From NCBI GenBank assembly GCA_964016885.1, contig OZ024740.1:15314001-15378000 (forward strand): 64,000 nt of DNA. Direction: 5' to 3'. The translations under genes and the position numbers were made by a program. Shown in pieces: positions 25,872 through 38,918 of the stretch; position 1 is the first letter of the stretch; each line of letters begins with the position of its first letter. The stretch is from Eledone cirrhosa. Taxonomy: Eukaryota. The notes beneath the pieces are model-generated. The model ran no database searches and had not been told where the DNA came from. It saw only the letters and a list, made by a program, of their open reading frames with translations.

Positions 25872-26176
25872 CCACCACCAACAACAACAACAACACCACC
25901 ACCAACAACACCAACACCAACAACAACGACAACAACACCACCACCAACAGCAACACCACCACCTACAACAACACGGCCACCACCAACAACAACACCACCA
26001 TCAACAACAACAGCACCACTAACAACAGCACCACCACCAACAACAACAACAACAACACCACCAACAACAACAACCACAAAACCACGAACAACAACAACTC
26101 CACCATCAACAACTACAACACCACCAACAACTACACCACCACCACCATCAACAACAACACCACCATCAACAACAAC

Positions 26177-26207
<31 letters not shown>

Positions 26208-26558
26208 CTACCACCACCAACAACAACACCACTACCAACAACAAAAATAACACCACCACCACCAATAACAATAACACCACCACCAACAACAACAACAACA
26301 ACACCAACAACAACAACACCAACAACAACACCACCACCAACATCAACAACAACACCACAACCGCCAACAACAACACCACCCCCACCAACAACAACAATAA
26401 CACCACCACCAGCAACAACAACACCACCAACAACAACAACAACACCAACACCACCAACAACACCAACACCACCACCACCAACAACAACAACAACACCACA
26501 ACCGCCAACAACAACACCACCCCACCAACATCACCAACAACAACAACACCACCACCAC

Positions 26559-26602
<44 letters not shown>

Positions 26603-27051
26603 CTACCACCTACAACACCAACACCAACAACAACAACAACAACAACACCACCACCAACAACAACACCACCACCAACAACAACAACACCAACAACAACAAC
26701 ACCACCACCACCACCACTAACAACACCACCACCACCAACAACAACATCACCACCAACAACAACAACACTAACACCACCATCAACAACAAGAACACCAACA
26801 CCACCACCACCAACAACAACACCACCACCAACAACACCAACACTACCACCAACAACACCACCACCACCACGAACAACAACACCACGACTAACAACAACAC
26901 CACCAACAACAACACCACCACCACCAACAACAACAGCACCACCAACAACAACAACACCACCACCACCAACAACAACAACACGACCACCAACAACACCAAC
27001 ATCAACAACAACAACACCACCACCAACAACAACAACACCAAAAACAACACC

Positions 27052-27083
<32 letters not shown>

Positions 27084-27862
27084 CAGCACCACCAACAACA
27101 ACAACTCCACCACCGACAACAACAACACCACCAACAATAACACCACCACCAACAACAACACCACCACCAACACCACCAACAACACCACCACCACCAACAC
27201 CAACAACAACTCCACCACCAACAACAATAACACCACCATCAACAACACCACCAACAACAACAACAACACCACCACCAACACCACCAACAACACCACCACC
27301 ACCAACACCAACAACAACTCCACCACCAACAACAATAACACCACCACCACCAACAACAACACCACCAACAACAACAACTCCACCCCCAACAACAATAACA
27401 CCACCTCCAACAGTAACACCACCACAAACAACAACACCACCACCACCAACAACACCACCAACAACAACACCACCACCACCAACAGCACCACCACCACCAA
27501 CAACAACACCACCACCACCAACAACACCACCAACAACAACACCACCACCAACAACACCACCACCACCAACAGTAACACCACCACAAACAACAACACCACC
27601 ACCACCAACAACACCACCAACAACAACACCACCAACAACAACACCACCAACAACAACACCACCACAAACAACAACAACACCACTACCAACAACAATACCA
27701 CCTCCACCACCACGAACAACAACAACACCACCACCACCAACAACAACACCACCACCAACAACGACACAACCAACAACAACCACAACACCACCAACAACTA
27801 CAACACCACCACCAACAACACAACCCAACACCAACAACACCAACACCACCAATAACAACAAC

Positions 27863-27893
<31 letters not shown>

Positions 27894-28680
27894 GAACCAA
27901 CAACAACAACATTTATTTATTTTAGAAACGCACCACTCAGTGGGTTTTGGAAAAAAAAAGATGACAAATTGTCGTCCACAAAAGTGAACTGCCAAATGTC
28001 CACAAAAGAGAACATCCGCTGTCCACAAGAGAGAACACCCGGCTGTCCACAAAAGAGAACAGCCGGCTGTCCACAAGAGAGAACACCCGGCTGTCCACAA
28101 AAGAGAACAGCCGGCTGTCCACAAAAGAGAACAGCCGGCTGTCCACAAAAGAAAACAGACGGCTGTCCACAAAAGATAACAGCCGGCTGTCCACAAAAGA
28201 GAACAGCCGGCTGTCCACAAAAGAGAACAGCCGGCTGTCCACAAAAGAGAACAGCCGGATGTCCACAAAAGAAAACAGCCGGCTGTCCACAAAAGATAAC
28301 AGCCGGCTGTCCACAAAAGAGAACAGCCGGCTGTCCACAATAGAGAACAGCCGGCTGTCCACAAAAGAGAACAGCCGGTTGTCCACACAATAGAACAGCC
28401 TAAGCCCAATTTGTTCAGAAAGCAGCGACAACAGCAGTAGAAACAGCAACATTAACAACAACACCACCACCACCAACAACAACACCACCACCACCAACAA
28501 CAACACCACCACCACCAACAACAATATCACCACCACCAACAACAACAACACCACCACCAACAACAATAACACCACCACCACCAACAACAACAACAACAAC
28601 ACTACCACCACAACTACCACCACCAACAACAACAACACCACCACCAACAACAACAATAACACCACCACCAAAAACACCAG
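25205..28680. repeat. Tandemly duplicated composite unit: unique head + 24-bp minisatellite (CTGTCCACAAAAGAGAACAGCCGG)n + linker + (CAA/CAC)n
   Basis: The head TTTAGAAACGCACCACTCAGT occurs at ~25214 and ~27921. The 24-mer arrays are at 25270-25578 and 27974-28399. The linker AGCCCAAT..GTTCAGAA follows each array. Confidence 0.9.
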
Positions 28681-28727
28681 TCTGTCGCAGGGTTAAATCC
28701 CCACCTATAGTTGGCACTCATTGTTTT

Positions 28728-28852
28728 TTTCAGCTGAGTGCACTGGAGCAACATGAAATAAAGTGTTTTGCTCAAGAACACAACACCCAACCCAGTCCAG
28801 GAATCGAACCCACGACATTATTATCGCAAGTCCAACACCCTGACCACTAGGC
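28728..28852 (-). mobile_element. Partial tRNA-derived SINE (V-like core)
   Basis: CAGCTGAGT..ACTGGAGCAA..TGAAATAAAGTGT.TTGCTCAAG...GGAATCGAACCC (reverse-complemented B box). Confidence 0.75.
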
Positions 28853-28896
28853 GTCTTATAAATTCTGAAGGAATTTCTCATTTTCCAAATATCTGT

Positions 28897-30168
28897 TATA
28901 TAGAACTGATAACAATGTATATAAACTAATAAAAACTATATAGAACTGATGGCAAATGATATAGAACTGATGACAAACTATATAGAACTGATAACAAACT
29001 ATATACAACTGATGACACACTATATATAACTGATAACAAACTATATAGAACTGATCACAATGTATATAAACTAATAAAAACTATATAGAACTGATGGCAA
29101 ATTAAATAGAACTGATGACAAACTATATAGAACTGATAATAAGCTATATAGAACTGATAACAAACTATATAGAACTGATGACAAACTATATAGAACTGAT
29201 AACAAACTATATAGAACTGATGACACACTATATAGAACTGATAACAAACTATATAGAACTGATGACAAACTATATAGAACTGATAAACTATATAGAACTG
29301 ATAAACTATATAGAACTGATAACAAACAATATAGAACTGATAATAAGCTATATAGAACTGATAACAAACTATATAGAACTGATGACAAACTATATAGAAC
29401 TGATAACAAACTATATAGAACTGATGACACACTATATAGAACTGATAACAAACTATATAGAACTGATGACAAACTATATAGAACTGATAAACTATATAGA
29501 ACTGATAAACTATATAGAACTGATAAACTATATAGAACTGATAACAAACAATATAGAACTGATAACAAACTATATAGAACTGATAACAAACAATATAGAA
29601 CTGATGGCAAACTATATAGAACTGATAACAAACAATATAGAACTGATGGCAAACTATATAGAGCTGATAATAAACAATATAGAACTGATAACAAACTATA
29701 TAGAACTGATAACAAACAATATAGAACTGATAACAAACTATATAGAACTGATAACAAACTATATAGAACTGATAACAAACAATATAGAACTGATGACAAA
29801 CTATATAGAACTGATAAAGTATATAGAACTGATAACAAACTATATAGAACTGATAAAGTATATAGAACTGATAACAAACTATATAGAACCGATGGCAAAC
29901 TATATAGAACTGATAACAAACTATATAGAACTGATAAAGTATATAGAACTGATAAAGTATATAGAACTGATAACAAACTATATAGAACTGATAACAAATT
30001 ATATAGAACTGATAACAAACTATATAGAACTGATAAAGTATATAGAACTGATAACAAACTATATAGAACTAATAACAAATTATATAGAACTGATAACAAA
30101 CTATATAGAACCGATGGCAAACTATATAGAACTGATAACAAACTATATAGAACTGATGACAAACTATA
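28897..30168. repeat. 21-bp minisatellite (TATATAGAACTGATAACAAAC)n with 18-bp variants
   Basis: About 60 copies. The period is a multiple of 3, which creates the spurious ITNYIEL ORF. Confidence 0.95.
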
Positions 30169-30325
30169 CTTTTTTCATTTTTTTACTGTTTTAACACTTT
30201 CTCTCATCAGATTGTGGCCATGCTGGAAACTGTGTTGAAGGGATTTAATCGATCATATGAACCCCAAGATGCTTTTAAAATATGCTGTTTATTTTATCGG
30301 TCTCTTTATCTAAGAAAATACACAT

Positions 30326-30447
30326 AATTGTTTCTACTTTTGGCACAAGGCCAGCAATTATTCCAGTGTATTACTGGTACTTTATTTTATCGACCTCGTA
30401 AGGATGAAAGGCAAAGTTAACCTCGGCGGGATTTGAACTCAGATCAT
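30326..30447 (-). mobile_element. MetaSINE-like SINE
   Basis: Same motifs as 7945-8135. Confidence 0.8.
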
Positions 30448-30625
30448 AGAAAATACACATAATGCGGTAAATATGCAGTCGTTAGAAAGTCGGATACTTT
30501 TGCGGTTTATATTCCGACTGTCAACGCTCAGTGAGTTCAAATCCTGCGTGTAATACCTTCGAAGACGATAAAAAATATACAAGTCCAATACTGGAATCGA
30601 TTCTTCTACATTTCTGTCTCTCCCA

Positions 30626-30662
<37 letters not shown>

Positions 30663-30856
30663 CCTCTCCCTCGCACTCTCTCTCTCCCTCTCTCTCACCC
30701 TCTTTCGCTTTCTCCCTCTCTCTCTCTCCCCTTCCCTTCTCCCCCTCGCTCTCTCTCTCTCACCATCTCTCTCTCCCTCTCTCCCCCTCTCTCTCACACC
30801 CTCTCTGTCACCCCCTCTCTCTCACCATCTCCCTTCTCACACTTCTCTTCTCTGGA

Positions 30857-31388
<532 letters not shown>

Positions 31389-31449
31389 ATGAAATCGAAA
31401 ATGCAACTGGAGTCTTATTTTTAAAAAAATGTATATATTTATTTGGTTC

Positions 31450-31485
31450 CTTTACCGGTTTCGCAGTTCTTCTGCTTTTCAAAAG
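31450..31485 (-). ncRNA. Decayed HHR motif
   Basis: Minus strand: CUU-UUGAAAA-GCAG-AAGAA-CUGC-GAAAC-CG-GUA-AAG. The stems are intact and the core carries two transitions relative to CUGAAGA. Confidence 0.55.
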
Positions 31486-31759
31486 TAGAGTTGAGATGGA
31501 GGGTCTGTGGTTTTTCTCACAGATGAGAAAATTTTAAAGAAGTGAATCTTTAAATAAGTAATAAAATATATTTAATGAACAGCCACGAAATTTAGTAGAT
31601 AAATTATGTAATATTCATTCATTATTTATTCAGAGTAATCCAACTTATTTTACTAAGGGGATAAAAAATTATAATCCTTATGCAGTCCCGCGCTTCTTAC
31701 TTTATTATAGTTTAGATATATACATACATATATATATATATATATATACACACATACAT

Positions 31760-31828
<69 letters not shown>

Positions 31829-31855
31829 CGTATATACATATATATATATTATTAT

Positions 31856-31916
31856 TATTAAAGTACCAGTAAGGCACTGGGTAATTGCTGGCCTTGTGCC
31901 TAAAGTAGAAACAATT
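31856..31916 (+). mobile_element. MetaSINE-like 3' fragment
   Basis: AAAGTACCAGTAA..CACTGG.TAATTGCTGGCCTTGTGCC.AAAGTAGAAACAATT. Confidence 0.7.
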
Positions 31917-32097
31917 ATTATTATTATGACCACATGTGCGAAGACGTTACATGTCTGTAGGAGAAAAAGTTCGTAATTTTAAGCTGTTTTAAAGTATCAT
32001 TTTTTGTATTTTCTAGTCGATAACGAAGCATGAGGTACCCACATTGGAACCAAGGTGGGTACCTTACTCCTGTTTTTACAAAAACAATCTTTTCCGA

Positions 32098-32129
<32 letters not shown>

Positions 32130-32220
32130 GATTTTGCGTGTGTGTCATTTTAACGGCTTGACCGCATGCGTTGGGCAGGAAGCGAAATATTTACTTACTG
32201 TAAGGCTAGCAACCTTATAG

Positions 32221-32269
32221 TGTGGAAATAAGCTGTCTGAAGATTCATTTCTTTCCATTGGAAATTCTT

Positions 32270-32307
<38 letters not shown>

Positions 32308-32352
32308 AAGAATTTCCAATGGAAAGAAATGAATCTTCAGACAGCTTATTTC

Positions 32353-32356
<4 letters not shown>
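32221..32356. repeat. Perfect ~51-bp inverted repeat centred on (TA)n
   Basis: TGTGGAAATAAGCTGTCTGAAGATTCATTTCTTTCCATTGGAAATTCTTTG-(TA)n-reverse complement. Confidence 0.9.
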
Positions 32357-32409
<53 letters not shown>

Positions 32410-32618
32410 CGAAGCATATTTTTGTTACCGAAGGTTTTAGTTTGTCATTTCCTCTTCTGCCAAATTTCAAATTCTTAGTCAAGGAAGGAAGGGTGGTGTC
32501 CACGTGATTGGACAATGAGCATCCAGTAGTTCGATCAACGCAATAGTCTACTTGTTAATTGAACGTATAATTGGCTGAGTATACCATAGAAACATCAGCC
32601 GTTAATGTAATTAGTAAA

Positions 32619-32853
32619 ATGGCTTAGTGGTTAGAGCATTGGGCTTGCAATCGAAAGGTTGTGAGTTAAATTCTCGGACCGGGTGATGTGTTGTTTCCTT
32701 GAGCAAGACACTTTATTTCACGTTGCTCCAGTTTACTCAGCTGTAGAAATGAGATGATAGGACTGGCGTCCCTATCATTAAATCACCCAAGACACTTCCA
32801 ACGAGATATACCTTGGAGGAGGCCAGCTAAACCTGCATAGGTGTGACGTGTCA
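32619..32853 (+). mobile_element. tRNA-derived SINE with V-SINE-like core
   Basis: A box TGGCTTAGTGG, B-box-like GAGTTAAATTC, core CCTTGAGCAAGACACTT, (CA)n tail. Confidence 0.8.
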
Positions 32854-32905
32854 CACATACACACACACACACTTCTTCAGCAATTCAGCAAATACAGTAA
32901 AGTCT

Positions 32906-32949
32906 ATGTTGACTGAAGAGGTTTCATATGACAGAAACATGCCTGACAT
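32906..32949 (+). ncRNA. Decayed HHR motif
   Basis: AUGUUGA-CUGAAGA-GGUUUCAUAUGACA-GAAAC-AU-GCC-UGACAU. U16.1 is replaced by C and stem II is weak. Confidence 0.4.
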
Positions 32950-33287
32950 TGTCTTCTTTACTTGCCGCAATAATTAAAATGAATCGTTTCCTCATCGAAT
33001 AAATAAGTAAAAGTTGTTATTTTTTGTTAATTCTCAATACGTGAAATAAGTTAAGATTAAGTTCGGGGGGAATTCGTATGATTAAACGTATTCTGTTAGT
33101 CATTTCCATCTACACCCACGTGAATTCCACGAGGAATGACCGTAGTAGGATTTAAGGAGGGCCGGTCACGTGTGCCCGAAATCTCTTCATTTAGGAGGTC
33201 AAGTTTTGTTTGTAACTTAAACCGAGAATTGACTATTTATAGATCGGACATCGGCCAGGAAGTACAACGCTACTGCTCCGACCCCCC

Positions 33288-33406
<119 letters not shown>

Positions 33407-33435
33407 ACACGGGTGTGTATGATTGTGTATAGAAG

Positions 33436-33662
33436 ATTATATTAATAAAAGGAATTCCAGAATTTTCAACTGTGAAAATTGAAAACTTGACTGTCACCAC
33501 AGAATATGAACCTGAAGATTGCGAAAGCATGAAAGTACTTTTTCAATTAACACTTAACATTTAATATTCTACCATACTATTTTATTCTAATACCATTATA
33601 AATTTTAAAGGATTGTAAATAAAACGAGTAAATCAAAGTTGGAATTCCTTTTATTAATATAT
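33436..33662 (+). mobile_element. PLE-type mini-element with short inverted 5' end and HHR at 33507-33545
   Basis: ATATTAATAAAAGGAATTCCA pairs with TGGAATTCCTTTTATTAATAT. HHR reads UGAAC-CUGAAGA-U-UGC-GAAA-GCA-U-GAAA-GUAC-UU-UUUCA. Ends in (TA)n. Confidence 0.7.
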
Positions 33663-33800
33663 ATATATATATATAGCAAAATAAAATAAAACAAGGACGA
33701 TTGGTTACTCCTTCATTACGTTTATTGGTAGGCGACGCGCGTTTCGCCACTGATCAGCTCAAGGTTCGGTCTGTATCGCTCTAGCTATTTTATTTTACTA

Positions 33801-33897
33801 TAATTGTTTCTACTTTTTGGCACAAGGCCAGCAATTAACCAGTGCATTACTGGTACTTTATTTTATCGACCCCGTAAGGATGAAAGGCAAAGTTAAC
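33801..33897 (-). mobile_element. MetaSINE-like SINE, partial
   Basis: Same core as the other copies. Confidence 0.75.
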
Positions 33898-34033
33898 CAC
33901 ATACACTCTGTCTAGCTCTACACCTCGACACAGAAGTGAACCTAAACATCGAGTGCTCCCCCGGGTGAACCTACATTAACTCCAAGTTACACTCCCTGGA
34001 TATATATATATATATATACAATTAGTTACAACA

Positions 34034-34082
34034 GTAGCACTTAAGTTTCGTTGGGTTATGCATCCCAACTCATTCAGCCCAC
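34034..34082 (-). ncRNA. Variant or decayed HHR motif between (TA)n tracts
   Basis: Minus strand: GUGGG-CUGAAUGA-GUUGGG-AUGCAUAA-CCCAAC-GAAAC-UUAA-GUG-CUAC. The core has one extra nucleotide and the triplet is GUG. Confidence 0.55.
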
Positions 34083-34136
<54 letters not shown>

Positions 34137-34449
34137 GTGTGTGTGTGTATCGGTTATATAAGGTTCCCTCGTGAGACTTATTCCCTAATTTTCTGACCTA
34201 CTCTCGTTGCTATTTATACCAGGAACCGCTCCCAGACTGTACCGACATCTCATCATGCGTAGAGTGTGAAGTGGTTTTATGCTTGTTGGTGTTGTTGTTG
34301 TTGTTGTTCTTGTTCTTGTTGTTGTTGTTCTTGTTGCTGTTATTGCTGTTATTTTTGTTGTTATTATTGTCATTGTTTTTTTACGGACATCCGGATCACC
34401 CTGAAACCGGATGCCATGACTTAACAGTCGATATACAGAGTCCATTAAA

Positions 34450-34501
<52 letters not shown>

Positions 34502-34964
34502 TCACATACACACAGATACATATACATACCCACATATACACACACACATGCACATACATACACACACACTCAAATACACATTCACACACATACATACACC
34601 CACATACCCACATCCACACACATACACACACACATACACACATACACATATATACATACGCACACACTCACATACACATTCACACACATACACACACACA
34701 CTCACTCACATACACATTCGTATGTATGTATGTATGTATGCGTGGGTGTATGTATGTATGTATGTATATATGTATGTATGTATATATGTATGTATGTATG
34801 CGCGGGGACATGTAAATAGTCGGTGCGTGAGCGGTTAGCTCACACGGAAATGAGAGATCTCTGTTTCTTGTTAGGACACGTGATGGCAATTCGCGATGTA
34901 GCCATCAGTATTTATGTAGGTGTGTATTTATACATACATATATATATATATGCATACATATATA

Positions 34965-35684
34965 CATACATACATACATGGTGGCTGCCAACTCGTTTTC
35001 GAGTACGGTCACTACTTTATATCCATGTAGGAGAACCCCTACCGATGCGCCGACGAGTGTGACTTTTTAGTCCAGCCAGCGACTTGAAAACTCTGGTACA
35101 AACACTACACTTGTGACAATTATTGACACATAGTGCTGGGCCCATGGTACCATGTGACGACAAGTGCATAGAGATCTCCAGATATAAAGCAATGCCTGTG
35201 CCGTGAAGCTTTTATAGTGAGCAAAGGCACTGCACAAAGCCAGTCCCACTCTCTTAACCAAGATGATATTTACCAAAAAGAAGAACAAGTCAACATCATT
35301 GGATACCATCAGGTTGCAGGTGTTATATCAGAGTTTTCCTTCTCCTAGAATTCTGCCTTGACAAAGGCTAAGGGGTCATCTCTCCCAGTGATTTTGGATG
35401 GCCATTGATTCTTAAGAGCTCCTTTGTCCTTTGACAGGTTTTGTTTTTAGTCCTGCAGGGTGTCCAAAGTCACCCTCCTCACCAAGAAACTTTGGTGGGG
35501 TTGCCAGTTTAGACGCCAACGACCCGACCATGAGACAGGTTGTACTGGGATACATGTTACCAGTAGCACCAACTGGTGACCTGACGTCGGGGTCCTTACT
35601 TTTCCTATTACCCCCTCTACTGACCAAAGTATCGAGTACTCTGGTGCGTTATGGTCCACCTGGTTCCTTACCACACTTCCTTCG

Positions 35685-35685
<1 letters not shown>
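34965..35685 (-). mobile_element. Bipartite RTE-derived element, longer copy
   Basis: Reverse complement of 14972-15600 with ~100 bp extra 5' sequence. Encodes the remnant HKCSVCTRVFKSLAGLKSH. Confidence 0.65.
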
Positions 35686-35742
<57 letters not shown>

Positions 35743-35750
35743 CTGGAAAA

Positions 35751-35787
35751 ATGAACTAGTTTCTAGCTTATTAGCTGTCATCAGCAT
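35751..35787 (-). ncRNA. Minimal HHR motif
   Basis: Minus strand: AUG-CUGAUGA-C-AGCU-AAUA-AGCU-A-GAAAC-UA-GUU-CAU, with palindromic stem III ACUAGU. It lies about 10 bp from (TA)n. Confidence 0.7.
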
Positions 35788-36025
35788 CGTATACCTTCCT
35801 GTCAGTCAATTGAACGTTTGAAAGTATATACTTTCCTTATGCATATTAATGGCTGAGCAGCCTAATTTGCATATCGAGTGAGTTAGTCGGCTGGGTGTAC
35901 CGAAAACGATAAATGGAAAAAATGAAATTTCATTTCTCATTCTTAGTACGGATGATACTTAAATATAAGTATGTATACGTACATACCTATATGTATACAG
36001 ACATACACTAGTATGTATATACATT

Positions 36026-36099
<74 letters not shown>

Positions 36100-36103
36100 C
36101 GAG

Positions 36104-36176
<73 letters not shown>

Positions 36177-36504
36177 TGTAAAGTAGTATAAATTTGGATA
36201 ACAATTTTGACAATTGCCTACTAAATGTAGAACAGGTTTAGATTCCTAGATTTATTGAAATTTCTTTCGTAGACAAAGATGAAGAATATATTTCTGATAG
36301 TAGCTAGATTTTTGTGGATAGGAAAGGGAGATAATTTGAAGAGTTTAAGAAGATATTCTCAATGAATGATTGATGTGTCGTTCGAAAAAGGCAGCCTGTG
36401 TTGCTTTGAGACGGTAATGGATAGTCATGAACATCTATGTCTGCTTTAATAGAAGTCATTGTAATGACCTTCTCTTTAGTTCACTCCAAACTGATTTAAC
36501 CCTT

Positions 36505-36942
36505 TAACATTTACATAACTCTATATATACTATTGTATTTACATGGTAAAGGCTTTACCTCACATAATATCTCACATAACATTTACATTACTCTATATAT
36601 ACTATTGTATTTACATGGTAAAGGCTTTACCTCACATAATATCTCTCATAACATTTACATTACTCTATATATACTATTGTATTGTCACAGTAAAGGCTTT
36701 ACCTCACATAATATCTCACATAACATTTACATTACTCTATATATACTATTGTATTGTCACAGTAAAGGCTTTACCTCACATAATATCTCACATAACATTT
36801 ACATTACTCTATATATACTATTGTATTTTCACAGTAAATGCTTTACCTCACATAATATCTCACATAACATTTACATTACTCTATATATACTATTGTATTT
36901 TCGCAGTAAAGGCTTTACCTCACATAATATCTCACATAACAT
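36505..36942. repeat. 72-bp tandem repeat, left arm (~6 copies)
   Basis: AAAGGCTTTACCTCACATAATATCTCACATAAC recurs every 72 bp. Confidence 0.95.
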
Positions 36943-37305
36943 CTCGTATACGAGAGACGTGTGTTGACGTGTGTGAACAAGCTCGGCTACCGAGTCGGAT
37001 TTACTTACTCAAAAGTGAGTTTTGATTAATTTTTTTATACTGTAATATACGTTAACCCCTTGCCTTGGTCGTCAAACTTTGAGTTTATTTATTTTCGCCC
37101 CTTTTTGGGGCGAATTTTCCAGTTAAAAATTTATTACGGCAAACTAATAGAAATGGACGGAATTTTCACATCTCATCCTAACGTGAAAGCCACGCCCCCT
37201 AAGAAAGGTGATACAGAGAAGCTAGAAGCACAAGGCTCTAAGTCTTCCCTCCTCACTTCTGCAAAAGAAACATGGAACACGGAATAAAAAGAAAAATTTG
37301 TAAAA

Positions 37306-38897
37306 ATGGGTGAAAACCCAGAAAGTCACATAAACGCAGACAAAAACAACAACGACAATAACAGCAATAGTCACAACACCAACCAAGGAAAAAATAACGA
37401 TAACACCAAACAAAGCGAACCCACTACTGGTGCCTCCTTTGCACAGGCGGTCCGGAAAATACAGACCTGCAAGCAACTGGACATTACAACTCTGAGAGAA
37501 AAGATGAAGGAAGCAAAACAGTATGTAACTTTCAAAGAAGGAGGAGACTCCACAATCACCTCCCCACAAGAAATCAAAAGAGACACGACACTAAGAACGA
37601 TATCTTTCAGAACAATTTCCAACATAACAAGGAAACCAGCTCAATTATCCCAAAAAGAAATTGAGCTAGTCCTAAAAAATGTGTGGAGTGATATATCGTT
37701 CATACAAAAAGGGCCACTCTATGGGAATATAACGGTGCTTATGAAGGATCAATTGACGGCCAGGAAATACTCTGTGGCGCCAATTGTTTCCAAGCTACAC
37801 ACATTTTTCCCCACATATTTAGGGAAAAGAACGCAGAAAATAAGGGTCTCCGGAATCCGGCAAAAATGCATGCATTTCCTGGGTACTAACAGGATTTTTA
37901 GAAGACGAGGACGGAATCCTCTCAGTAGGAGAAGTCACAACAGACGTTTTCGGCGGTTTGAGCGTGGAGGTTCTGGTCCAAATGAGACCAGAACGAATAG
38001 CTAGAATACCACAGAGGGTGTCCCTCGATGGAGAAACATTTATATACATTTCAGCCGAGGGTAGGAGGCCCATATGTTACTACTGTTCAAGCAGGGGTCA
38101 TCTAAGGGCTGCCTGTCCTCAATTGACAAAAAAAAGGCTCTTTTGCCTACACCCAACACACCACCACCGCCACCACCACCACCACCACCACCTCCTCCAC
38201 CACCACCACCACAACAACAACAAAAACAACACGGAAAAATAACACAAGACACGGCCCCACCCAAAACAAGTCCCAAAACACACACAAACACAACAAAACC
38301 CCAAAATATACCACTACCCGACAACACGGACGAGGACCCAGCTGAAACGGCACCTAGTGACGAAGAAGGGGGACCCTTCCAACCTGTAAAAAGGAAAAAA
38401 AGAAAGCACCACTCGAACATAAACGAAACAAACACACAACCACCAACAAAAACAAAACAAACAGAACAAACAAAATCCGCCCACCCCAAAACATAACACA
38501 TACAACAAAACGTAAGCACACACAAGAACAACAAACAAACACAACACAAATAAAACAGTATACATACATTAACACAAATAACAAAGAACTAGTAAAAACA
38601 ATACACAAAGACCCTTCGGTGGAAATTGAAGGGCAATTCTTTGCAAGCGCGGCCAACAAACCGCATTTAAAAATGATAAGACTCCCAATGGACACCTATG
38701 CAAAACTAGGAGAGAACTTTCCTGAGGACGTGGGGAAAACATGTACTCGACCCTATAACCGCGTCCTCTTGAAACGTTTCCCCACCCACACCTCACCAAA
38801 CACCCCCACTCCGCCACAGAACAACACCCCACCAAACAACCCCTCCAATACGCCCATGGATATTGTGCAACCTGCTCCTCAGGAGCCGAACAGGTAG
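37306..38897 (+). pseudogene. LINE ORF1 (gag-like, CCHC knuckle), frameshifted
   Basis: SFAQAV motif, CYYCSSRGHLRAAC knuckle (~38074-38115), Pro-rich tract and FQPVKRKKRK. Split over several frames. Confidence 0.8.
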
Positions 38898-38918
38898 GTC
38901 CTTCCTCTTTTAACCAAC

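Noticed and set aside
24033-30194. Poly-S/L/V/G ORFs and the 359-aa ITNYIEL repeat ORF
   Set aside because: Products of trinucleotide, 21-bp and 24-bp repeats, open on both strands.
32619-32700. tRNA gene
   Set aside because: A/B-box-like head of a multi-copy SINE, with no cloverleaf.
33115-33285. Promoter-like motifs (GGTCACGTG, CAGGAAGT)
   Set aside because: Short motifs with no associated gene, plausible by chance.
34380-34446. Possible small minus-strand exon (MDSVYRLLSHGIRFQGDPDV)
   Set aside because: No recognisable homology or partner exons.
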